IMG/VR virus record: IMGVR_UViG_2713896903_000005
Length of the DNA: 40,276 nucleotides
Strand: one strand, 5' to 3'
Source: a virus
Lineage: Duplodnaviria; Heunggongvirae; Uroviricota; Caudoviricetes
Positions 27,316 to 34,200 of this stretch are shown piece after piece; the first letter of the stretch is position 1; the number at the start of each line of letters is the position of its first letter. The position numbers and the translations under genes are program-made. Under the pieces are notes generated by a model. That model saw only the letters and a list, made by a program, of their open reading frames with translations, did not search any database and was not told the DNA's origin.

Positions 27316-29864
27316 TGGCAGCAAACGAATTTTTGACGCAGTGCGAGCGCAGTGTAAATGCTGCCGCTGGTCGCGAGCTTTCTTCCGATGAGATGGAGTC
27401 GCTGGTGCGTGACATGAACGACACCACTAGGCGAATTCTGGCGACCAATGAGGCGCTGTCTCTGGAAGAGGCCGCTATGCGCGCAGCGGAAGAACTGGGC
27501 AATGCCGATATGCTGGCAAAACAGATTGAGGCTCGCAATAAGGCAATCAACACCCGTATTGCCGCACAACGACTTAGAGAGCTTCGTACTATCTGGAAAG
27601 ACCGCCCGGATATCGGGCTTGAAGCAATGCTGGTTGGCCGCAACGATGCGCGTACCGGCGCCCGCCGGTCGGTATCTTCGGAGGTGGCGCAACTGCGCGG
27701 CAAGTATCATTCCGGTATCAACTACGATTTTGACCGTGCCGGGCTGGTGCAATTCATCGCCAGCGGCAGCAATGACAGGGAAATTGCCGATGCAATGTGG
27801 CGCATAGGGCGCGGGCAGTCAACTGACGGTATGACAAAGCAATCCGTAAGCGCTGCACAAATCATCATGAAATGGCAGGAAACTGCGCGCATTGATGAGA
27901 ACCGCGCCGGGGCATGGATACGCAAAGAGCCGGGCTATATAGTGCGCCAGTCACACTACATCATGAAGATCCGCGCCGCAGGTTATGAAGCATGGCGAAA
28001 TGCTATTCTCCCGCGCCTTGATGAGCGCACTTTTGACGGCGTGGCTGACCGCGAGCAGTTCATGCGTAACATTTATAACGGGCTGGCTTCCGGCGTGCAT
28101 CTTACATCTGAAAAGCCAGATTGGATGAATGGCTTTAAGGGATTGGCGAACGCAGCTAAACGCGCCAGCCAAGAGCGAATTTTGCACTTCAAAGATGGTA
28201 TCTCGTGGCACGAGTACAACCAGCAATTCGGCACCGGCAGCCTGCGAGAGGCGCTGTTTGGTGGCTTAAACAGCGCTGCCCGCACAACGGGCATGATGCG
28301 CGTACTGGGCACTAACCCACAGAACATGTTTAAGTACCTGACGGACACCATTGCTGAAGATATCAGCAAATCCGGAAGACCGGCAGCGTTGGCTGACTAC
28401 ATGACGAAGGTGCGTCGCATTAACCGTACCGTAATGCCGCAGGTTGACGGCTCGCTAAATATTCCTGGCAGCGTAGGCTGGGCCAATGCGTCGGCGGCTG
28501 TACGCGGCTGGTTGCGTATGAGCCAGCTTGGTGGCGCGGTAATCTCATCGTTTAACGACGTGCCTATCGCCGCTACCGAGATGCGCTACCAAGGGCAGAA
28601 TTTTATGCAGGCGTTGCTTGGTGCTATGAGAGGCCGCTTAACGCGTTACAACAGCGCGGAGCAGAAAGAGATCCTTTCCTCTATCGGAGTTTATTCCGAC
28701 TCCATGACGCAGGAAATCATCCGGCGCATATCTGGTGATGACACGCTGAATGGAAAACTTGGTCGCGCGCAGCAGCTTTTCTTTAAGTACAACCTCATGA
28801 ACTTCTGGACCGAGAGCGGTCGTAACAGCAACGCCATGATGATAACCAACTGGCTTGCAAAGAATGCTGACCAGTCTCATGCGCGGCTACCGGAAGACCT
28901 GCGACGCGTGCTGGATCTGCACGGTATTGGCGAACGTGAGTGGGAAATTTTTCGCAACATGGACATGGCCGATAGCGAAGGTCGTAAGTTCATGACGACC
29001 AGCGGCATCCGCGGCGTGCCTGACGAAGTGATTGCCGGTTATGTAGAGAGTAAGGGGATCAAACCAACGCAGCGCGCTATCGCTGACGCACGCGATCAAT
29101 TGGAAGGGCAGTTGCGCGGCTACATCCTTGACCGCCTGAATATCGCCATGTCAGAGCCTGGCGATCGCACGCAGGCGTTTATGAAGATGGGCACGGTGCC
29201 AGGAACGGTGGCTGGGGAAGCAATACGATTCGCTGGTCAGTACAAATCGTTCACTGCAAGCTTCATGCAGAACGTACTAGGACGCGAAGTATTCGGGCGT
29301 GGTTATATTCCTGCTGGGCTTGGTGAGTCGAAAACCGGATCGCTGACGAATGCGCTGCTACGTAACGGGAAGGGGGCTTTCCTTGGTGCTGCAAATCTCT
29401 TTGTCTGGGCGACTATGTTTGGTTATATCTCCATGCAGTCAAAACTCATGCTGAAAGGGCAAACACCACGCCCGGCAGATGCCAAGACGTTTCTCGCAGC
29501 CGCATCTCAGGGGGGCGGTCTTGGCATCTTGGGTGACTTCATGTTTGGCGAGGTCAACCGCATGGGGGCCGGGCCGGTTACGTCGCTAATGGGGCCAGCA
29601 GCATCGAACGCTGACAGCATTATCACGCTGCTCCAGCAGACCACGAGAGGGGATGCAGATTTGGGTGACTGGTATCGCACGGCACTTGACAATACGCCAT
29701 TCCTCAACGTGTTCTGGCTTCGTACGGCGATGAATGGTTTAATATTGAACCGGATACAAGATGCCCTTGACCCAGGCTCTCTTGAGCGTTATCAGCGCCG
29801 TGTTGAGCGTGAACAGGGTAACGACTTTCTGATCCCACCATCGCAGTTCATGCTAGGGAAGTAA
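27315..29864 (+). CDS. large internal virion / ejection protein
   Basis: About 850 aa; ATG at 27315 overlaps the upstream stop (ORF-track GTG at 27312); hydrophobic segment near the C-terminus consistent with membrane insertion during ejection. Confidence 0.45.
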   Translation: MAANEFLTQCERSVNAAAGRELSSDEMESLVRDMNDTTRRILATNEALSLEEAAMRAAEELGNADMLAKQIEARNKAINTRIAAQRLRELRTIWKDRPDIGLEAMLVGRNDARTGARRSVSSEVAQLRGKYHSGINYDFDRAGLVQFIASGSNDREIADAMWRIGRGQSTDGMTKQSVSAAQIIMKWQETARIDENRAGAWIRKEPGYIVRQSHYIMKIRAAGYEAWRNAILPRLDERTFDGVADREQFMRNIYNGLASGVHLTSEKPDWMNGFKGLANAAKRASQERILHFKDGISWHEYNQQFGTGSLREALFGGLNSAARTTGMMRVLGTNPQNMFKYLTDTIAEDISKSGRPAALADYMTKVRRINRTVMPQVDGSLNIPGSVGWANASAAVRGWLRMSQLGGAVISSFNDVPIAATEMRYQGQNFMQALLGAMRGRLTRYNSAEQKEILSSIGVYSDSMTQEIIRRISGDDTLNGKLGRAQQLFFKYNLMNFWTESGRNSNAMMITNWLAKNADQSHARLPEDLRRVLDLHGIGEREWEIFRNMDMADSEGRKFMTTSGIRGVPDEVIAGYVESKGIKPTQRAIADARDQLEGQLRGYILDRLNIAMSEPGDRTQAFMKMGTVPGTVAGEAIRFAGQYKSFTASFMQNVLGREVFGRGYIPAGLGESKTGSLTNALLRNGKGAFLGAANLFVWATMFGYISMQSKLMLKGQTPRPADAKTFLAAASQGGGLGILGDFMFGEVNRMGAGPVTSLMGPAASNADSIITLLQQTTRGDADLGDWYRTALDNTPFLNVFWLRTAMNGLILNRIQDALDPGSLERYQRRVEREQGNDFLIPPSQFMLGK

Positions 29865-29865
29865 T

Positions 29866-30237
29866 ATGAACAGAATTATATTAATGATTATTCTTATGCT
29901 TTTAGTTGTAGAATCTTTTGCAGATACTACCTCACCGTTAATGATTCAGCCTAAAAATGGGGAAACACTGGAGGATTCTAAAAAGCATACAATGGAATAT
30001 TTTGGATGTATAAAAGGGCAGGTCGTAAAATACGCTAAGACAGGAGAAAGTGTTGATTCTATATCCAAAGCTTCGGTTGTGTCATGCGAGTCGTACATAC
30101 AAAAGATTGCTGAATCAAATATATACTATTTAAATTCCTCTCAAGACGGTAAGCGGAAATTTATTGGAAGGCTTAAATCAGATGGTGAAAATTTAGCAAC
30201 GAAATTTGCTATGGATGAAAAGCTAAAAAATAAATAG
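29866..30237 (+). CDS. AT-rich moron: small secreted protein
   Basis: 123 aa; N-terminal signal-peptide-like segment MNRIILMIILMLLVVESFA; visibly lower GC than the flanking virion genes. Confidence 0.5.
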   Translation: MNRIILMIILMLLVVESFADTTSPLMIQPKNGETLEDSKKHTMEYFGCIKGQVVKYAKTGESVDSISKASVVSCESYIQKIAESNIYYLNSSQDGKRKFIGRLKSDGENLATKFAMDEKLKNK

Positions 30238-30245
30238 GTGACTAC

Positions 30246-30542
30246 ATGCAAGCGATAGGATTCATTGTTTATATCGTCGTTGGTCTTTTTCAGTTGGCAG
30301 CAATTATGGCTGGGCTTGAATCATGGTGGGGATTGCACTGGATAATTGCAGCCCCCATTGCTTTCATCGTGAGCTATATTCCATTTGTTGGAGCGATTGT
30401 TGGTATGGTTGGCGCTGTGGATGTATGGCGGTGGGAGTGGTGGCAGGCTGGCCTTCTCTTCTTTGGTGGGATCATCTTTGCTATTGTCTGCGGTGGAATG
30501 TCATCATTTTTCGAATGGCTATCATTCAGAAAAGGGACGTGA
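30246..30542 (+). CDS. AT-rich moron: small integral membrane protein
   Basis: 98 aa with two to three hydrophobic helices; SD AGGTGA; followed by a palindrome and a strong terminator. Confidence 0.5.
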   Translation: MQAIGFIVYIVVGLFQLAAIMAGLESWWGLHWIIAAPIAFIVSYIPFVGAIVGMVGAVDVWRWEWWQAGLLFFGGIIFAIVCGGMSSFFEWLSFRKGT

Positions 30543-30550
30543 CATGTCAC
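30539..30550. repeat. 12-bp perfect palindrome GTGACATGTCAC (copy 3 of 3)
   Basis: Overlaps the stop codon of the membrane-protein moron and directly precedes a terminator. Confidence 0.6.
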
Positions 30551-30575
30551 AGGCCGCTTTCGCGGCCTTGTTTTT
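30551..30575 (+). terminator. intrinsic terminator ending the virion/moron operon
   Basis: AGGCCGC-TTTC-GCGGCCT hairpin followed by TGTTTTT. Confidence 0.7.
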
Positions 30576-30804
30576 AACGAATGCCACCGCCGCCAGGGCG
30601 GGAATCCGCAGAACGCCCACCGCAGCGGGAGCCGTCAGCGGCAGTATCGCTGTCGTGCTGACAACGACCGGCAAAGGCCTGAGTTGAAGCTACCAGAGAC
30701 AACAAAACGAACAGTGCAGCAAATGCTTTTTTCATTGTGAAATTTCCATCTATAAGCCACCTCAATGTGGCGTCAATGAGTGTAGCACTGACTTTTGTTT
30801 CGTC

Positions 30805-30830
30805 CACAAAAAAGCCCGCGGCGCGGGCTA
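30805..30830 (-). terminator. intrinsic terminator ending the leftward antirepressor operon
   Basis: Minus strand: GCCCGCG-C-CGCGGGC hairpin followed by TTTTTTGTGG. Confidence 0.6.
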
Positions 30831-31343
30831 TTCTTCATCTTGATTATTTTTATTTGGTCTGTCGTTTCTACCAAGAATAAATACAGAAGCCAAACCAATT
30901 AGATCAACAGTTATTAATGTACCAGCAAATACTGTATCACCGTTCCAAGCAAAAAGAGTGGCAATAGCAAGAATAAGAATTGTGACAGTGAAAGCCATCC
31001 ACTGACCGCGCTTATCTTTATATATTGCACCAGACATAGCCATATATTCCATGCTATGACGATGAGCCTGTTCCTTTTCGCTCCTGACCATTATTCTTTC
31101 GGCTCCGTTATCTACGATTTCGTTGTATTCACGGAGCATTGATGGTGGAGGCAGAGGTCCGCTAAAAGAACTCTTCTTTACAATCGCCATGAACTGAGGC
31201 CGTTCAAGTAAGCGTTGGAGAATGGCTGGGTTTTCAACCAACTCTCCTTCGATTTCCTTGACCTTTTCCTCAGTTACCTTTTCCTGCTCATCACCGGGCT
31301 GTGGCAAGCTGACGTCTTGCTTTTCTTGCACGCAGTCGCTCAT
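30828..31343 (-). CDS. DUF2335-like membrane protein
   Basis: 171 aa; soluble N-terminal region with PPPSMLREYNEIVDNGAERIMVRSEKEQAHRH followed by two C-terminal transmembrane helices. Confidence 0.5.
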   Translation of the reverse strand: MSDCVQEKQDVSLPQPGDEQEKVTEEKVKEIEGELVENPAILQRLLERPQFMAIVKKSSFSGPLPPPSMLREYNEIVDNGAERIMVRSEKEQAHRHSMEYMAMSGAIYKDKRGQWMAFTVTILILAIATLFAWNGDTVFAGTLITVDLIGLASVFILGRNDRPNKNNQDEE

Positions 31344-31506
31344 ATGGCCTCATACTTATCCTTAAGTCATCACCTACAGCCTGAAAGTCATTTCTTATTG
31401 ACTCTGCATCTGAATTACTAGATAGCAGCTTTGTATAATCTGTAGATGGAACCAAATCCAAGATACTACCTGCTGCACGCATAATCCTGCGGGTTGAGCG
31501 CAACAT
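31291..31506 (-). CDS. hypothetical small protein (71 aa)
   Basis: Strong SD AGGAGGT 5 nt before the ATG at 31506; 3' end overlaps the start of the DUF2335-like gene by about 50 nt in another frame. Confidence 0.35.
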   Translation of the reverse strand: MLRSTRRIMRAAGSILDLVPSTDYTKLLSSNSDAESIRNDFQAVGDDLRISMRPYERLRARKARRQLATAR

Positions 31507-31565
31507 ATCGTACCTCCTATTTAACCAAAGGCTTAATTACCTTTGGAGTAAACTTAATTAAAAAA

Positions 31566-31775
31566 CTACTTCCTTACAGTGGCAAGATCCTGTTTAACAA
31601 TTGCAGCAGCGAGACGACGCATCTCCTTAACTTCAGGAAGCTCAGAAATTTGCTGTGATGAAATATATACACCACCACGCTTGTTAACCTGCGCTGACGC
31701 CGGAACTTCTGCATTTTTTGCCTGAGGGCTGAGTGCATTATCCCTCGTTTTTGTACGAGCGGACCAAAATCCCAT
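31566..31775 (-). CDS. hypothetical small protein (69 aa)
   Basis: Strong SD GAGGAGGAG before the ATG at 31775; promoter-like TTGCAG-17-TACTAT upstream with an operator-like palindrome over the start site. Confidence 0.45.
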   Translation of the reverse strand: MGFWSARTKTRDNALSPQAKNAEVPASAQVNKRGGVYISSQQISELPEVKEMRRLAAAIVKQDLATVRK

Positions 31776-31801
31776 ATCTCCTCCTCATGTAAACACATGG
31801 T

Positions 31802-31816
31802 TTACCTTTAGGGTAA
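31802..31816. promoter_or_regulatory. operator-like palindrome TTACCTTTAGGGTAA
   Basis: Perfect site immediately downstream of a minus-strand -10-like TACTAT (31822..31817). Confidence 0.5.
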
Positions 31817-31888
31817 TAGTACGCTATTCACCCCCAGTCTGCAATCTGTACAGAATTATTTAAAGGCACATCCCTGTGCCGCCGCCCG

Positions 31889-32599
31889 TCAGAAGAACCC
31901 TGCCTTGTCGTTGATGTACTCCGCGTGCGTCTGGATATCACGCAGGCATTTGCTCACACCAACGATGTAGCAGAACATGGTGGTCAGCTCCGCCGCCGCG
32001 CCCGATACGTCGTGCCCGTCGTCCTGCAACTGGTTTAGCAGATTCATCAGCAGTGAGTTCTCCGTCAGGCCGAGAACACCAGACGGCGAGTGAATCAGGC
32101 TGCGGTAGCCGGGCTTCAGCGGGGCGCTGTAGGTTTTGTTCTCTATCTTCATTGCCTGCATCACTGCTGACGCCGTGGCGTTGGCTACCTGGTCGGCAAC
32201 CATCTTTATGCGTTCTTCCTGCGGGAGCGAGTTTTTAATGTAACTTCCGGTGCGGCGGATCTGAGGAAGTACCTCACCTGTAACCCATTTACGAAAGCGG
32301 TAGGGGATAGTGCCTGGTGTCACTGCGTCGCGGCAGCGGAGGATCAGTGTGTAGAGGCCTGACTCGGAGATGATGTTGATCTCTTTTACTCGGCGGTCAA
32401 AAATTACACGATGTTCATGCCCTATGTTGAACATAGACCTTTCATCATCATCCAGTTTTTCAAGTGCTTGGGTGACGTTTTGGATACGCAGCGCACTACA
32501 AACGTCTTGGGCTACAAACCATGGTTGGCCATCGATAATGATGGAACGGATAGGGTTAACAGATTCAAATTTGAAGATGGCAGTTTGAGCATTAGCCAT
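31889..32599 (-). CDS. Bro-N domain antirepressor
   Basis: N-terminal Bro-N-like segment (FKFESVNPIRSIIIDGQPWFVAQDVCSAL); C-terminal domain shared with the short 33748..34005 product; ATG at 32599 with SD GGAG (ORF-track start 32614). Confidence 0.65.
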   Translation of the reverse strand: MANAQTAIFKFESVNPIRSIIIDGQPWFVAQDVCSALRIQNVTQALEKLDDDERSMFNIGHEHRVIFDRRVKEINIISESGLYTLILRCRDAVTPGTIPYRFRKWVTGEVLPQIRRTGSYIKNSLPQEERIKMVADQVANATASAVMQAMKIENKTYSAPLKPGYRSLIHSPSGVLGLTENSLLMNLLNQLQDDGHDVSGAAAELTTMFCYIVGVSKCLRDIQTHAEYINDKAGFF

Positions 32600-32753
32600 G
32601 GTGGTTATCTCCACTTAGTGATTTTAATCACCACCGCAACGCCAATTACTGGTGGTGAACTGGACAAGGTTGGCGTACCGGCCTAAGTGGTACCGGCGTC
32701 CTTTCGGACCCCTGCCCAGCCCACCATAATTCGGATATAGCTGTGCTTAACGC

Positions 32754-32777
32754 ATAAAAAAACCACGTCTGGCGTGG
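32754..32777 (-). terminator. intrinsic terminator or attenuator inside the antirepressor leader
   Basis: Minus strand: CCACG-CCAGA-CGTGG hairpin followed by TTTTTTTAT, about 150 nt upstream of the Bro-N start. Confidence 0.5.
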
Positions 32778-32868
32778 TATGCGCCACTTAGTAACTCGGG
32801 ACGCCAATCCCGGCACTGGATTTTGCCAGTGCCCGATTACTATGGCACAAGAGGAGTGCTATGTAAAT

Positions 32869-32883
32869 TTACCGCAAAGGTAA
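32869..32883. promoter_or_regulatory. operator-like palindrome TTACCGCAAAGGTAA
   Basis: Perfect site overlapping the predicted start site of a minus-strand promoter (-35 TTGATT, -10 TTATCA region, about 32890..32918). Confidence 0.5.
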
Positions 32884-32961
32884 TGATAAACGCGAAGAAA
32901 TATTAAAATCAACCGTATTTGGTTGATTGCGTTTAACGCTTGATCACCTGAAAGCAAGATA

Positions 32962-32976
32962 TTACCTTTAAGGTAA
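32962..32976. promoter_or_regulatory. operator-like palindrome TTACCTTTAAGGTAA
   Basis: Perfect site 20 nt upstream of the 32997 start codon. Confidence 0.5.
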
Positions 32977-32996
32977 TGTTATTGTGAGGAAAAGCA

Positions 32997-33725
32997 ATGG
33001 AAGTTTTCTGGATAGTTGTTGGTGTGGTTGCGGTGATTATTTACGTTATCAACCAGAACAAGACTAAGATCTCTGATCGTACGGTCGTTAATCATAACAA
33101 AACGATAAAGACCGAAGATGGGGAGATAACGATTAATCGTACACAGGTGATAGAACACACCTCCACTCAGTTTCAAAAAACGGGAGATAATGCGCCTAAT
33201 ATTTCCGTACCTCCTGCTTATGATAGCGCGGTAATCCAGACATATTATAAACAGCAGGAGTTAGCAAAAGAGAGGCAACTGATTCAGCCAAAGCCATTTA
33301 CAGCAGAGCTTCCACCTGGAGTGTCAACGCGTCCGGCATATCATGGAAGATTCCCTGGTGATGACGTATCGTCTCAGTCACCTAAAAAAGCACCTCAGGC
33401 AGTATCAGAGCCAGCAAGAATACCTTCTGTATCGCCGTCAAAAGAAGAATCAGCTAACGAAGTTTCAAGTGCCCGCAAGCAGTGTTTGCGATGCAGAATA
33501 AACCTTCCATATGAAAAATTCAGGAAATCGTCAAAAAATCCAGATGGATTGACTAAGTGGTGTGCAAGGTGTCTAGATGGCCCAAAGAATACACGTCATA
33601 TGAAGTGGTGCCCAATTTGTAATGTCCGCAGAAAACGAACCAGCTTTTACCCTAATAATCAAAATGCGGACGGCTTAATGGCATGGTGCAAAACGTGCTG
33701 GGATGAGCACAAAGCGAAACGATAG
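32997..33725 (+). CDS. membrane-anchored protein with duplicated Cys-rich zinc-ribbon-like motifs
   Basis: 242 aa; N-terminal transmembrane helix (FWIVVGVVAVIIYVI), Pro/Ser-rich linker, two C-terminal repeats (CLRCR...DGLTKWCARC and CPIC...DGLMAWCKTC); AT-rich. Confidence 0.5.
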   Translation: MEVFWIVVGVVAVIIYVINQNKTKISDRTVVNHNKTIKTEDGEITINRTQVIEHTSTQFQKTGDNAPNISVPPAYDSAVIQTYYKQQELAKERQLIQPKPFTAELPPGVSTRPAYHGRFPGDDVSSQSPKKAPQAVSEPARIPSVSPSKEESANEVSSARKQCLRCRINLPYEKFRKSSKNPDGLTKWCARCLDGPKNTRHMKWCPICNVRRKRTSFYPNNQNADGLMAWCKTCWDEHKAKR

Positions 33726-33750
33726 GCCGCTCTTGCGGCCTTTAAATTTA
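33725..33750. terminator. terminator hairpin between convergent genes
   Basis: GGCCGC-TCTT-GCGGCC hairpin followed by TTTAAATTT on the plus strand and a T-rich run on the minus strand. Confidence 0.55.
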
Positions 33751-34005
33751 CCGGGTTTGTTTTCGTAATTGTTCGGCACAATAGTCGAGATGTGTTTGCA
33801 GATCCTGCATAGACATCTGCGAGCTGGTGACGTAGTTAATCAGTGCAGTCAGTTCGGCAAGTGGGCCATCGACATTAAATCCATCCTTATCGAGATCCCG
33901 GAGTAATTTCATCAAGTGCGATCCCTCCACCAGTGACCTGACGCCTCCCGGCGTGTGAATCCTTTCGGTAAATCCGTCTTCCAGTGGATAGTGATACTGC
34001 TGCAT
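33748..34005 (-). CDS. short antirepressor-like protein, probably SOS-regulated
   Basis: About 85 aa from the ATG at 34005 (SD GGAGAAG); matches the C-terminal domain of the Bro-N antirepressor (TPGGVRSLVEGSHLMKLLRDLDKDGFNVDGPLAELT vs SPSGVLGLTENSLLMNLLNQLQDDGHDVSGAAAELT); a LexA box lies 20-40 nt upstream. Confidence 0.5.
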   Translation of the reverse strand: MQQYHYPLEDGFTERIHTPGGVRSLVEGSHLMKLLRDLDKDGFNVDGPLAELTALINYVTSSQMSMQDLQTHLDYCAEQLRKQTR

Positions 34006-34024
34006 CTTATCTTCTCCATGCAAT

Positions 34025-34044
34025 AACTGTATATTTATACAGTA
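34025..34044. promoter_or_regulatory. LexA (SOS) box
   Basis: AACTGTATATTTATACAGTA matches the CTGT-N8-ACAG consensus with an AT-rich spacer; overlaps the promoter region of the short antirepressor gene. Confidence 0.7.
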
Positions 34045-34081
34045 GCAAATAATTTGTTTGCTATCCAGCACGTTTTGCAAA

Positions 34082-34096
34082 TTACCTGAAAGGTAA
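34082..34096. promoter_or_regulatory. operator-like palindrome TTACCTGAAAGGTAA
   Basis: Perfect site between the antirepressor gene and the tailspike gene. Confidence 0.5.
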
Positions 34097-34200
34097 TATC
34101 TATTCGTATTTATGGGTTATCTATCCATATATGATTTTTAAGGTAATAGAATAACCGGATATGCGGCGCAACGGGTGCTGCGACTATCTGGAGATTTAAC

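Noticed and set aside
11363-27752. Long antisense ORFs inside terL, portal, tail and ejection genes (for example 11363..11869, 14816..15553, 19224..19928, 26500..27324, 27111..27752, all minus strand)
   Set aside because: They are fully embedded antisense to well-supported structural genes in GC-rich sequence, and their products are Arg/Cys/His-rich and low-complexity, typical of spurious frames.
30544-30735. Small ORFs on both strands between the moron terminator and the DUF2335 operon (plus 30544..30687; minus 30574..30735, signal-peptide-like MKKAFAALFVLLSLVASTQAFA)
   Set aside because: The plus ORF would contain the terminator hairpin; the minus ORF has a poor SD and a low-complexity C-terminus. 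A small secreted peptide cannot be excluded but evidence is insufficient.
31845-31852. CTGTACAG palindrome near the 31566 gene promoter
   Set aside because: The half-sites have no spacer, so it is not a LexA box; probably coincidental.
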